From: an uncultured Anaerolineaceae bacterium
Lineage (GTDB): Bacteria; Chloroflexota; Dehalococcoidia; Tepidiformales; Tepidiformaceae
Assembly (NCBI GenBank): GCA_964497285.1
Contig: CAZCDK010000001.1
Coordinates: 9,472-49,751 of the forward strand
DNA length: 40,280 nt
Direction: 5' to 3'
Shown here: positions 30,429 to 39,885 of the stretch, one piece after another
Layout: the number at the start of each line of letters is the position of its first letter
How positions within the stretch are numbered: position 1 is the stretch's first letter
The notes under the pieces: model-generated
The model's database searches: none
What the model was told of the DNA's origin: nothing
What the model saw: only the letters and a program-made list of their open reading frames with translations
Program-made: the position numbers and the translations under genes

Positions 30429-31261
30429 CACGAGCCGAGGCGTTCTCTGAGCGCGAGGTGGCCATGTGCACCGTCGCGCACATGGTCGAAAACGGCAAGA
30501 CCTACTGGGCGGCTGGCGGGGGCACGCCGCTCTATTCTGTTCTCCTCGGTCAACGGCTCTATGCGCCGGATGCGCAGTACGTTACGGAGGACGGCGTGAT
30601 CGCGCCGATCCCGTTGCTCCCATTCGAACCGATGATGGTGATGGTGGCCTCGCGAGCGACGTACAAGGCCCTCTCCTGGGGGACCATGAACACCGCCGGC
30701 TACTATGCGCAGCTTGGCTACATGGACTACGGCGTCTTGAACACGCTCCAGGTGGACAAGCACGGCAACATCAACTCCACCTTCCTCGGCGAGTACGGCC
30801 ACGGGGGCCGCCGCATGCACGGTCCCGGCGGCGCCGACACGATCGCCGCTTGCTGCTGGCGCACCATCCTCATCACAGACCAGGAGAAGCGGAAGTTCGT
30901 CGAGAAGGTCGACTTCATCTCCTCGCCGGGATACCTGGACGGCAGCGAAGGGGCGCGCGAACGCGCGGGCCTGCCTCGTGGCACCGGCCCATGGCGCGTG
31001 GTGACACCATGGGCCATGTACGACTACGAGGATCGGCGGCTCAGGCTCATGGCCCGCGTTCCGTGGGTCACGGTCGATGAAATCCTCGCGGAGTGCGACT
31101 ACAAGCCACTCATCGCGCCTGAGGTCCAGGTGCTGGAGCCGCCCACCGAAGAGGAGCTTGAACTGCTCCGAACAGAGCTCGACGTTCGCGGCCAAACGAC
31201 TGATGCCGCTGGCGGCTGGATCATCTGGGACGGCGAAAAGTACGTCCGCGGCAGCGCGTAA
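30425..31261 (+). CDS. CoA-transferase subunit B
   Basis: ORF 30179..31261; ATG 30425 overlaps the subunit A stop. 278 aa, and ..GGADT.. resembles the beta subunits of family I CoA-transferases. Confidence 0.8.
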   Translation: MTRAEAFSEREVAMCTVAHMVENGKTYWAAGGGTPLYSVLLGQRLYAPDAQYVTEDGVIAPIPLLPFEPMMVMVASRATYKALSWGTMNTAGYYAQLGYMDYGVLNTLQVDKHGNINSTFLGEYGHGGRRMHGPGGADTIAACCWRTILITDQEKRKFVEKVDFISSPGYLDGSEGARERAGLPRGTGPWRVVTPWAMYDYEDRRLRLMARVPWVTVDEILAECDYKPLIAPEVQVLEPPTEEELELLRTELDVRGQTTDAAGGWIIWDGEKYVRGSA

Positions 31262-31285
31262 CCCCCGAAACGCCACCCACAAAGC

Positions 31286-31320
31286 GAGAGGGGCTCCGAA
31301 TTGGAGCCCCTCTCTTCGTT
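31286..31320. terminator. Bidirectional intrinsic terminator between convergent genes
   Basis: Perfect 12-bp stem GAGAGGGGCTCC / GGAGCCCCTCTC with loop GAATT. TTCGTT follows on the plus strand, and an A-rich tract precedes it (T-rich when read on the minus strand). Confidence 0.8.
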
Positions 31321-31335
31321 CGCCGTTGGCGCCGG

Positions 31336-32511
31336 TCAGGCGCGCGGAAGGCCGAGACCGCGCGTCGCGATGACGTTGCGCTGGATCTCGCTCGTTCCAC
31401 CCTCGATCGTGTTGCCGATCGACCGGAGATACATGTAGTTCAGGCGGCCGCGCATGGGTGCGGCCACCTTGTCGTTCCCGGGGCCGAGTTGACCCCAGAG
31501 GCCGGTCATCTTCATGCCGGTGCGGTAGATGCGCTGGTTCAGTTCGGTGGTGAACAGCTTGGCGACGCTGGCCTCGTGCCCCGGCGCAATGCCTTCCTTC
31601 GCCTGCATGGAAATGATCTTGTAGCTCATCATGGTGGCCACGCCAGCCTCGATGTAGCGGTCGACCAGTTCCTGCCCTACGGCGGGATTGTGGGAAAGCG
31701 TGCTCGAACCCTCCGCCTTGTGGTTCCTGGCGAAGTGAACGATATCCTCCACCGTCTGGCGGGCCCCGATCGCCGAGCCGATGTTCGAGCGCTCGAAGCT
31801 CAGCGTCGTCTGGGCCAGGTACCAGCCCCGGTTCTCCTCACCGATGATGTTCACGCGCGGCACCCGCACGTCTTCGAAGAAGACCTCATTGAACTCGTGC
31901 GTCATCGCTGCGTTGATGAGCGGGCGCACCGTCAGGCCGGGCGACTTCATGTCCACGATGAAGTAGGTGATGCCGCGGTGCTTGGGCGCATCGGGGTCGG
32001 TGCGCGCGAGGAGGATCATCCACTTCGCAGCATGCCCGCCAGACGTCCAGATCTTCTGGCCGTTGACAACGAAGTCGTCCCCGTCCCGGACGGCACGGGT
32101 CTGGATGGCGGCAAGGTCGGAGCCCGCGCCTGGCTCGCTGTAGCCCTGGCACCAGCTCACATCTCCCGTAAGCATCTCGGGAAGGTATTTCTGCTTCTGC
32201 TCTTCGGTGCCGTGGTGGATGAGGGTTGGTCCGGCGAAACCAGTGGCGATGCCGCCCGGGCGAGGGGCTCGAGCTTCGGCAAGTTCGCTGTTGAAGATGA
32301 ATTGCTCCATCACGCTCATGCCCGCCCCGCCATACTCGACGGGCCAGGCCGGGGCGATCCACCGCCGTTCCGCCAGCTTCTTCATGAACTCGCGGGCGCC
32401 GGCCATGCCGTAGGCCATGGGGCCACGCTCGCCTCTCGGTGCCTCCGCTTCGATGAAGGAATGCACGACCTGGCGGAATGCTGCCTCTTCAGGCGTGTCA
32501 CGGAATTCCAT
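31336..32511 (-). CDS. Acyl-CoA dehydrogenase (paralogue of 1226..2401)
   Basis: ORF 31336..32583. ATG 32511 aligns with the N-terminus of the paralogue. WCQGYSEPGAGSDLAAIQTRAVRDGDDFVVNGQKIWTSG. Both paralogues are 391 aa. Confidence 0.9.
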   Translation of the reverse strand: MEFRDTPEEAAFRQVVHSFIEAEAPRGERGPMAYGMAGAREFMKKLAERRWIAPAWPVEYGGAGMSVMEQFIFNSELAEARAPRPGGIATGFAGPTLIHHGTEEQKQKYLPEMLTGDVSWCQGYSEPGAGSDLAAIQTRAVRDGDDFVVNGQKIWTSGGHAAKWMILLARTDPDAPKHRGITYFIVDMKSPGLTVRPLINAAMTHEFNEVFFEDVRVPRVNIIGEENRGWYLAQTTLSFERSNIGSAIGARQTVEDIVHFARNHKAEGSSTLSHNPAVGQELVDRYIEAGVATMMSYKIISMQAKEGIAPGHEASVAKLFTTELNQRIYRTGMKMTGLWGQLGPGNDKVAAPMRGRLNYMYLRSIGNTIEGGTSEIQRNVIATRGLGLPRA

Positions 32512-32535
32512 GCGATGACCTCGGTGTCTGTTGAT

Positions 32536-32552
32536 TTGTGAAAGGATTCTAC
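32536..32552. promoter_or_regulatory. Half-palindrome TGTGA-N7-CTACA overlapping a TAGAAT -10-like hexamer (minus strand)
   Basis: The minus-strand reading ATCCTTTCACAA matches ATCCTATCACAA upstream of the paralogous ACAD at 11 of 12 positions. TAGAAT (32550-32545, minus strand) lies about 33 nt upstream of ATG 32511. Confidence 0.35.
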
Positions 32553-32650
32553 ATCGAAAACAGGGTCGCGTCTGGCAAGGCAACGAACCGCATCACTCCC
32601 GGGGCTCGGCAGTCCGTGATGTAGGATGGACGGCCAGACGGGAGGAGACC

Positions 32651-33133
32651 ATGCCGTCGTGGCAGGAGTTTTCGGCACAGGCGCCAGAGCTCGCGGCTCT
32701 CGGCGAGGAACGCATGGAACGGAGCGGGCTCATCTTGCTCGGAACGGTCCGGCACGATGGCACGCCTCGTATCTCACCCGTTGAGCCACTGCTTGTGGAC
32801 GGGGAACTCCTCCTCGGCATGATGTGGCAGTCGAAGAAGGCTCTTGACCTTCTCCGCGACCCCCGCTGCCTCGTCCACAACACCGTCAATGACAAGGACG
32901 GCAAGGACGGCGAGTTCAAGCTGCGAGGGCGGGCAATCGATGTTCGGGATTCTGCGACCCGCACGCGATACGGCGATGCGCTGTTTGCCAAGATCAACTG
33001 GCGCCCTGTCGAACCCTTTCACCTCTTCAGCGTTCAGGTCGAAAGCGCCGCGTTCGTCGTCTTCGGCGAAGGGCAAATGCGGATGACCCGTTGGCCCGGC
33101 CCAGATGGGTGGACGATTCGGGCAAGCCCGTAG
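32651..33133 (+). CDS. Pyridoxamine 5'-phosphate oxidase-family (split-barrel flavin/deazaflavin-binding) protein
   Basis: ATG 32651 follows GGAGGAG. 160 aa. LGTVRHDGTPRISPV....G.L......S.K..DL.RDPR is typical of the PNPOx-like family. Confidence 0.7.
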   Translation: MPSWQEFSAQAPELAALGEERMERSGLILLGTVRHDGTPRISPVEPLLVDGELLLGMMWQSKKALDLLRDPRCLVHNTVNDKDGKDGEFKLRGRAIDVRDSATRTRYGDALFAKINWRPVEPFHLFSVQVESAAFVVFGEGQMRMTRWPGPDGWTIRASP

Positions 33134-33203
33134 CCCCTGCCGGCCGGCGCCGCTGGTTCGCGGTACCTTTGGCCGCGATCACCGAGACACAAGCCGCTAC
33201 GAT

Positions 33204-34391
33204 ATGCCTATGCCCTCCAACACCTCGTTCAACCCGCCCACCCGCGGCCTCATGGGCCCGGGCCCCAGCGGCGCCAACCCGCGCGCCCTGCGCGCCACGG
33301 GCGCGCCCCTTCTGGCTCACCTTGACCCCGCCTTCCTCCAGATCATGGACGAGAGCCGCGTGATGCTCCGTGAGGTCATGGGCACAACGAACGAGGTCAC
33401 CCTCGCAGCTCCGGGAACCGGCACAAGCGGCATGGAAGCGGCTGTCATGAACCTCGTCGAACCGGGCGACAACGTCGTCATCGGCGTCGGCGGCTATTTC
33501 GGCGACCGCATCGTGCAAATGGCCGAGCGGGCCGGCGGCAACGTGACCCGCGTGACTGCCCCCTGGGGTTCGCCCGTCGACCCCGCAGAAGTCGCCACAG
33601 CGGTGAGGGCCGCCGGGAACGTGAAGCTTGTCGGCATCGTTCACGCTGAGACCTCGACCGGCGTCCAGACACCCGTCGAACCCTTCGCAACTATCGCCCA
33701 CAACGCTGGCGCGCTCCTGCTTGTGGACTGCGTCCCGTCACTCGGAGGCGTGCCCGCCGAAGTCGATCGCTGGGCGGCAGATGCCGTGTATTCGGGCACG
33801 CAGAAGTGCCTGTCCGCACCGCCCGGCGTCGCACCCCTGACGCTTTCCGAACGGGCCTGGACGGCAGTGAGGGCGCGCGAGACCCCGTGCAACTCCTGGT
33901 ACCTGGACCTGGCGCTGCTCGAGGCCTACTGGGACGAACGGCGGGCCTATCACCACACTGCCCCCATCTCGATGGTGTACGCGTTGCACGAAGCACTTGC
34001 GTTGGTCCTGGATGAAGGGCTGGAGGCTCGTTGGGCCCGGCACGACCGCAACGGCCGCGCTCTTCAAGCCGGGCTGGAAGCCATGGGATTGGCGCTCCAC
34101 GCCGACGAGGGATTCCGCCTGCCGGTCCTGACGACCGTCAGGATCCCGGAAGGCGTGAGCGACGTGGAGGTTCGGGGAGCGCTCCTGCGCCGGAACGGGA
34201 TCGAAATCGGCGGTGGCCTCGGCGAGCTGAAGGGAAAGGTGTGGCGAGTCGGACTCATGGGCGAGTCGTCAACTGCCGGGAACGTGCTCCTCTTCCTCTC
34301 AGCCCTTGGTCGAATTCTGCGGGAACACGGATTCAAGCCGGACGTGCGCGCCGCCGTGACGGCCGCCGAAGCGCGCCTGGCGCTGACCTGA
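33204..34391 (+). CDS. Class V aminotransferase (alanine-glyoxylate / serine-pyruvate aminotransferase-like)
   Basis: GPGPS..NPR, TGTSGMEAAV, and SGTQKCLSAPPG with the PLP-binding Lys. The N-terminal extension of the ORF back to 33105 is unlikely to be translated. Confidence 0.9.
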   Translation: MPMPSNTSFNPPTRGLMGPGPSGANPRALRATGAPLLAHLDPAFLQIMDESRVMLREVMGTTNEVTLAAPGTGTSGMEAAVMNLVEPGDNVVIGVGGYFGDRIVQMAERAGGNVTRVTAPWGSPVDPAEVATAVRAAGNVKLVGIVHAETSTGVQTPVEPFATIAHNAGALLLVDCVPSLGGVPAEVDRWAADAVYSGTQKCLSAPPGVAPLTLSERAWTAVRARETPCNSWYLDLALLEAYWDERRAYHHTAPISMVYALHEALALVLDEGLEARWARHDRNGRALQAGLEAMGLALHADEGFRLPVLTTVRIPEGVSDVEVRGALLRRNGIEIGGGLGELKGKVWRVGLMGESSTAGNVLLFLSALGRILREHGFKPDVRAAVTAAEARLALT

Positions 34392-34396
34392 CTCCA

Positions 34397-35638
34397 TTGC
34401 CCGTCCGAGCCGTGGCCGCTCTGGTGACGATCGTCGCACTCTCTGGCGCGTGCTCGTCGCGGAGCGGCAACGGGAGTATGACAATGGCTCCTGTGGCCGC
34501 AACCGCCTCGCCGACCATGGCTGCGGCAACACCCGCACCGCCGGGCGTGGGCATTCGCCCGGCCTTCCCAAAGCTGCCGAAGCTCGAACGCCCGGTAGCG
34601 ATGGTCGAAGTCCCCGGCCACCAGCGCATGCTCGTCGCGCTCCAGGAAGGCCGCCTCCTCTCTTTCGCCAGGGACTCCGCGGCCTCGGAAGCCGCCTCCG
34701 TGCTCGATCTGTCCGCGAAGACATCCCGGACCGACAACGAGGAGGGGCTGCTCGGGCTGGCACTCGACCCCGACTTCGCGAAGAACCGCTACCTCTACGT
34801 CTACTACAGCGCGAAAGGCGGTCAACGGCGGACTGTACTGTCCCGCCTCGCCACTTCGGGAACTGGCGCGGGTTTGAAAGCCGACCCCGCCACCGAACTC
34901 GTGATCCTGGAAGTGCCACAGCCATACGGGAACCACAAGGGGGGCCAGCTGGCCTTCGGGCCCGACGGGATGCTCTACCTCGGACTGGGCGACGGAGGTT
35001 CTGGGGGTGACCCCCAGGGGAACGGCCAGGATATCACGCGGAACCTGCTTGCCAGCATTATCCGGATCGATGTTCGGAGCGCCGCAAGACAACAGCCCTA
35101 TGCCGTCCCTCCCGACAATCCATTTGCGAGGGCCACCGATGGGACCAGGCCGGAGACCTGGGCCTACGGACTGCGAAATCCATGGCGCTTCAGCTTCGAT
35201 CGCGAGACCGGCACGCTGTGGGCAGGCGATGTCGGCCAGGACGAACGGGAAGAGATTGACATCATCGAAAAGGGCAAGAACTACGGCTGGAACCTGATGG
35301 AGGGATCCGCCTGCCACCGACCGAAGTCGGGCTGCAATCGAGACGGATTGACCTTGCCGGTGCTGGACTACGGCCACACCGCCGCGTCATGCTCGGTCAC
35401 CGGCGGCTATGTCTACCGTGGCAAGAAGATCCCTGCGCTGCGCGGCTGGTACGTCTACGGCGACTACTGCAGCGGCGCAATCTGGGCGTTCGAGGCAGGA
35501 AAGGCAACACCAGGGAGCGCGCCGCCGGTCACGACCCTCGGGCCACCGCAGCCCAACGTCGTGTCTTTCGCCGAGGACGCCGACGGGGAGCTCTACATCC
35601 TCTGCTTCGATGGGGTCATCTACCGCCTCGAACCGTAG
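34397..35638 (+). CDS. PQQ-dependent sugar (glucose/sorbosone) dehydrogenase-like beta-propeller; probable lipoprotein
   Basis: NHKGGQLAFGPDGMLYLGLGDGG, YGLRNPWRFSFD and GDVGQDEREEIDIIEKGKNYGWN. TTG 34397 (or GTG 34412) gives a signal peptide ending in LSGAC (lipobox-like). The start is uncertain. Confidence 0.8.
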   Translation: MPVRAVAALVTIVALSGACSSRSGNGSMTMAPVAATASPTMAAATPAPPGVGIRPAFPKLPKLERPVAMVEVPGHQRMLVALQEGRLLSFARDSAASEAASVLDLSAKTSRTDNEEGLLGLALDPDFAKNRYLYVYYSAKGGQRRTVLSRLATSGTGAGLKADPATELVILEVPQPYGNHKGGQLAFGPDGMLYLGLGDGGSGGDPQGNGQDITRNLLASIIRIDVRSAARQQPYAVPPDNPFARATDGTRPETWAYGLRNPWRFSFDRETGTLWAGDVGQDEREEIDIIEKGKNYGWNLMEGSACHRPKSGCNRDGLTLPVLDYGHTAASCSVTGGYVYRGKKIPALRGWYVYGDYCSGAIWAFEAGKATPGSAPPVTTLGPPQPNVVSFAEDADGELYILCFDGVIYRLEP

Positions 35639-35779
35639 GCAGCAACCCGGCCGGGCTTGTGGCCGAGGTCGCGCGAGGGCCAAACGCGGGCTCATCATCA
35701 GCTCCGCTGACACGCTCCCGAGTCGACGCAGGGCTGAGCGTCTAAACTGGGCGAAGGCTACGCCGGAGGAATGGGAAGC

Positions 35780-37444
35780 ATGAACGTCGACCGAAACCGT
35801 GCGAACGAACTCCGCCGGCGATACGACGAGCGCGTGATGCAGGAAGGCAGCGAGCTGGGAGGACCGTTCATGACCGTCTCCGGGCGGCCAGTGAACCGCG
35901 TCTACGACGCGACCGATGTGGCTGACATCGATTACGAGCGGGACCTCAACCTCCCCGGGAGCTATCCCTTCGCCCGAGGGATTCATCGCACGGGGTACAG
36001 GGGACGGCCCTGGACGATTCGAATGTTTAGCGGGTTCGGGTCGGTGGAAGAAACAAACCAGCGCTTCAAGGATCTGCTGGCAACCGGGAACAACGGCCTC
36101 TCGATCGCCTTCGACATGCCAACCCTTATGGGCTACGACCATGACGAGCCATGGGCGGCCGGGGAGTTTGGGCGCTGCGGCGTCGCTGTCGACTCCCTGG
36201 CCGACATGGAGATCCTCCTGGCAGATCTGCCCCTGGACCGCGTCTCCACCTCCATGACGATCAACAGCCCGGCGCCTGTGATCTGGGCGCTGTTCATCGC
36301 CGCGGCGGAGAAGCGGGGAATCCCCCGGGCGAAACTCGCCGGGACGCTCCAGAACGACATCCTGAAGGAGTACATCGCCCAGAACGAGTTCATCTTCCCG
36401 CCGGCGCAGTCCATGCGCCTTGTGACCGACACGATTGAGTTCGCGACAAGCGAGATGCCTCTTTGGAACTCGGTAAGCGTGAGCGGCTACCACATCCGCG
36501 AGGCCGGGGCGACTGCAGCACAAGAGCTCGCGTTCACCCTCGCCGATGGGATGGAGTACGTGAAGTGGGCGCTCGCGAGAGGGCTGGACATCGACGCCTT
36601 TGCGCCTCGCATCAGCTTCTTCTTCAACAGCCACAATGACTTCTTCGAAGAGGTCGCCAAGTTCCGGGCCGCTCGCCGCACCTGGGCGCGGTTGATGCGC
36701 GAGCGCTTCGGGGCGAAGAACGAGCGATCGTGGTACATGCGGTTCCACACCCAGACGGCCGGGGTCTCGCTCACCGAGCAGCAGCCAGAGGTCAACCTCG
36801 TGCGGGTGGCGATCCAGGCGCTTGCGGCAGTGATGGGCGGGACGCAATCGCTTCACACGGACGCCATGGATGAGGCGATTGCCCTGCCAGGCGAGAAGGC
36901 CGCGCGGCTTGCCGTGCGCACTCAGCAGGTGATTCTCCATGAAAGCGGCGCCGGCAATGCGGTCGACCCGCTGGGCGGATCCTATTTCGTGGAGCGGCTG
37001 ACGACGGACATGGAGGCCGAGGCAATGCGGTACTTCGAACAGATCGACGCGCTTGGCGGCGTCATCCCGGCCATCGAAAGCGGGTTCTTCCAGAAGGAGA
37101 TCGCGGACGCCGCGGCGCGATACCAGCGCGAGATCGAAACGCGCGACCGCCTGGTCGTGGGCGTGAACGAATACGTGATGAACGAGGCTCTCGAGATCCC
37201 TATCCTGCGAATGGACCCCGAGGGCAATGAGCGGCACCTGGCGCGCCTGCGGATGCATCGCGCCACGCGCGACGCCTCGGCATGGACCGCGGCCATGGAG
37301 CGCCTGGAACGGGCAAGCCGCACCCCGCGCGAGAACACGATGCCCTTCCTCATCGACGCGGTGAACGCAGGAGCGACCGTGGGCGAGGTGTGCAACCAGT
37401 GGCGGCGGGTGTTCGGCGAATACCGCGAACAGGTTGTGGTGTGA
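35780..37444 (+). CDS. Acyl-CoA mutase large (substrate-binding TIM-barrel) subunit, isobutyryl-CoA-mutase-like signature
   Basis: [27 protein letters not shown] and [20 protein letters not shown]. It has Phe and Gln where methylmalonyl-CoA mutase has Tyr89 and Arg207. There is no B12-binding domain and no adjacent small subunit. The second ATG (35780) has better RBS spacing than ATG 35771. Confidence 0.85.
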   Translation: MNVDRNRANELRRRYDERVMQEGSELGGPFMTVSGRPVNRVYDATDVADIDYERDLNLPGSYPFARGIHRTGYRGRPWTIRMFSGFGSVEETNQRFKDLLATGNNGLSIAFDMPTLMGYDHDEPWAAGEFGRCGVAVDSLADMEILLADLPLDRVSTSMTINSPAPVIWALFIAAAEKRGIPRAKLAGTLQNDILKEYIAQNEFIFPPAQSMRLVTDTIEFATSEMPLWNSVSVSGYHIREAGATAAQELAFTLADGMEYVKWALARGLDIDAFAPRISFFFNSHNDFFEEVAKFRAARRTWARLMRERFGAKNERSWYMRFHTQTAGVSLTEQQPEVNLVRVAIQALAAVMGGTQSLHTDAMDEAIALPGEKAARLAVRTQQVILHESGAGNAVDPLGGSYFVERLTTDMEAEAMRYFEQIDALGGVIPAIESGFFQKEIADAAARYQREIETRDRLVVGVNEYVMNEALEIPILRMDPEGNERHLARLRMHRATRDASAWTAAMERLERASRTPRENTMPFLIDAVNAGATVGEVCNQWRRVFGEYREQVVV

Positions 37445-37567
37445 TTGGCTATGACGGCGCGTGTCGCTGAGGCGATGAGTGCCATCCCCTGGCCGCAATG
37501 CAGAGAACCCCACGACAACGGCCAATGGCCCGGCGTTCTGGAGCAACTGGCCCGATCACCGAGCTGG

Positions 37568-37813
37568 CTATCGAGCGCCGAAGGCCTCGAACGTGAGGAT
37601 GGTGAACGTCTCGCGAATGTAGGGGATGGAGTGGATGTCACGCTCGATCAGGCGGCCGAGACCATCGACGTCCGCCACGTAGAGCTTGACCAGCAGGTCG
37701 TATTGGCCCGTGATGCTGAACGCTTCCGAGAAGCTCTCGATGTCGGCCACTTGGTTCGCCACTTCCGTGCCGTGGCCAGGTTCGGTCTTGATCATGACGA
37801 AGACAGCGCGCAT
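37568..37813 (-). CDS. Stand-alone Lrp/AsnC ligand-binding (RAM) domain protein
   Basis: 81 aa. AFVMIKTEPG....V...V..I..F.E.FSITGQYDLLVKL is typical of AsnC_trans_reg-only proteins. Confidence 0.8.
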   Translation of the reverse strand: MRAVFVMIKTEPGHGTEVANQVADIESFSEAFSITGQYDLLVKLYVADVDGLGRLIERDIHSIPYIRETFTILTFEAFGAR

Positions 37814-37972
37814 GACGGGAGTTTACGGCAGTTGGCGCCGCGCTGGGCAGAGCACGCCATTCGGGATGGCGGTAGGATATGGGCCGGATTCGGCCGTTCG
37901 GGCCACGAACAAGACCCTCCCCAACGCGAGATCCGCGGTGGATCCCCAGCCCCGCAGCGAAAGGAGCCAGGC

Positions 37973-38089
37973 ATGGCAAAGCAGGCGAAGCCCAAGCCGG
38001 GCAAAGGCCCCTCGGGAGTTCCTTCGACCCAGACCAAGATCGCGAAGGGCGCGGGAGCCAAGCCCATTCGGATGCCCGTGAAGAAGTAG
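37973..38089 (+). CDS. Small Lys/Pro/Gly-rich basic protein (38 aa), hypothetical
   Basis: MAKQAKPKPGKGPSGVPSTQTKIAKGAGAKPIRMPVKK. AAGGAG lies 6 nt upstream of the ATG. Third codon positions are G/C-rich. Confidence 0.45.
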   Translation: MAKQAKPKPGKGPSGVPSTQTKIAKGAGAKPIRMPVKK

Positions 38090-38118
38090 CGACCGCCGCG
38101 GCACCGGGAATGGGCCGA

Positions 38119-39885
38119 TCAGTAGTCGTTCGGGTTGCTGCTTCCGGAAAACGCCCCACGCTGTGCCGCAATCTGGCTGCGCTCGGCCAACAACTCGAGA
38201 ATGCGGAGCGCATCGGAAGGTCCGGGCTTCCCGCCGGACTCGTCGAGGATCGCCTGCACCTCGCGATCGATCTCGGTCAGCCTGCGCTCGATCGCTCTTG
38301 GATCTGAGAACTGGTCCGCATCGCCGCCCGCGCCGGAAGCGCCCGTGCCGGGTTCGTTACGACCGGGAGCGCCAGGAGCACCCCCCGGATTGGGCTGCCC
38401 GCGATCCCCGGCCGCGGGCTCGTTCCCCGACCCATCGGCCTGAGGTTCCTCCCCCTGATCTGGGCTCGGAGTGAGCAGCCTCAACACGACCTCGTAGTCG
38501 TGGCGCGAGGCATGGTCGCCGGGGTCCAGGAGTAGCGCCTGCTTGAAGGCATCGAGCGCAGCATCGAGGCGACCGGCGCCGAATTGGTGATGTCCGATGC
38601 TGGCATAGGCGCGAGCCCGTTCCTTCGCATCGGGAGAAAGCAGCGCCCGGCGGGCGGCCTGGACCGCCTCATCGAACCTGCCGGCGCGGTGCAGCGCCGC
38701 CGCCAGGTTCAGGGCGACTACAGGATCGGCGCGACGCTCGCTCTGGGCCCGGTAGAACAGGTCGATGGCGCCGTCGGACTCGCCATGGTCGTAGGCGCGA
38801 AGACCCTGTTCGTTGAGATCGAACGCCCGCGACGCGCATCCCGGCAGCGTCATAAGAGCCATGAGCGCGAAGGCGGGAGCCATCGCCTTTCGCGCCGCTG
38901 AGATCGTCAGGCGCTCGACAAGGGTCGAGACCAGCAACAGCGCCAGCGCTGCGGCGGCGAACCACTGGAATCGCTCGACCGGGATTGTCCCGATGCGAGA
39001 ATCGATCCGTGCTCGTTGAAGCGATCCGACCCGGGTAGAGACGGCAGTGGGGACCGCCGCCAGGTCGGAGCCGAGGTAACGTCCACCGGCCGCCGCGGCC
39101 AGCGAGCGGAGGAAGGGCTCGTTGAGCTTGGAGACCAGGGGCTGCCCGTCTGGACCTAGCTTGTCCGAAAACTGAGACCGTGCGGCGTTGTAGACGGGGA
39201 TGCGGGCTCCCGCCGGCGTGCCCACTCCAGCCACCAGCAGCTCGGCGCCAGAGTCGCGGACACGAGTGGCCGCGCCAGCTGGATCGGGGCCGAGGTTCTC
39301 GCCATCAGAGATGAGCAGAATGACCTTGCCCGCCTTGCTGTTGGGCGCGAAGGCCGCGAGCGCGATGTCGAGTCCCGAAGCAGTATCGGTGCCTCCCTGC
39401 ACAAAGACGGGATCTGCCTCGATCGACTCGACCACCAGCCTGGCGGCGCTCATGTCGGTGGTGAGCGGGAAGCGGAGACGCGCCGTACCACCGAAAACGA
39501 CCAGGCCCGCACGGTCGCCGCCAAGTCGTTCCAGGATTCGCGTGATCGCGGCCTTGGCTGCGTCCAGCCGTGCAGGTGCGACGTCGCGCGCCGCCATGCT
39601 GCGCGACACGTCAAGCACGACCACCAGGTCCGCACTGTCGCGGCGAATCGCCGAATCGTTCGTACCCCAGCGAGGTTCGGCGGCGGCGATGACGGCGACG
39701 ATAGAAGCAAGCGCGAGCAATCCGGCCGAGACATGGCCGGGCCGGCGGGGAGCATCGCGGGACACCGCACGAGCCTTTCGGGCCGCCGTTCGTACTCCCG
39801 AGACCCAGAGCGCGAAGAACACCGGCACCACCGGGATACCGGGGATACCGACGATAGCCCTGGGCGCGCTCCTCGGCGTCCTCAC
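38119..39885 (-). CDS. VWA-domain protein with a C-terminal TPR region (BatB/BatC-like)
   Basis: Two N-terminal TM segments. VVVLDVSRSM...GGTDTASGL...LLISDGEN is a VWA MIDAS motif. TPR-like repeats follow (ALNLAAALHRAGRFDEAVQAARRAL..). The GTG start overlaps the upstream stop codon (GTGA). Confidence 0.85.
   Translation of the reverse strand: MRTPRSAPRAIVGIPGIPVVPVFFALWVSGVRTAARKARAVSRDAPRRPGHVSAGLLALASIVAVIAAAEPRWGTNDSAIRRDSADLVVVLDVSRSMAARDVAPARLDAAKAAITRILERLGGDRAGLVVFGGTARLRFPLTTDMSAARLVVESIEADPVFVQGGTDTASGLDIALAAFAPNSKAGKVILLISDGENLGPDPAGAATRVRDSGAELLVAGVGTPAGARIPVYNAARSQFSDKLGPDGQPLVSKLNEPFLRSLAAAAGGRYLGSDLAAVPTAVSTRVGSLQRARIDSRIGTIPVERFQWFAAAALALLLVSTLVERLTISAARKAMAPAFALMALMTLPGCASRAFDLNEQGLRAYDHGESDGAIDLFYRAQSERRADPVVALNLAAALHRAGRFDEAVQAARRALLSPDAKERARAYASIGHHQFGAGRLDAALDAFKQALLLDPGDHASRHDYEVVLRLLTPSPDQGEEPQADGSGNEPAAGDRGQPNPGGAPGAPGRNEPGTGASGAGGDADQFSDPRAIERRLTEIDREVQAILDESGGKPGPSDALRILELLAERSQIAAQRGAFSGSSNPNDY

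Noticed and set aside
37445-37972. The 214-aa ORF 37445..38089 as a gene downstream of the mutase (for example a missing B12-binding subunit).
   Set aside because: It shows no B12-binding DxHxxG motif or Rossmann-like pattern. Most of it is antisense to the clearly recognisable Lrp/AsnC RAM-domain gene. Only the last 38 codons, with their own strong RBS, are kept as a tentative small ORF.
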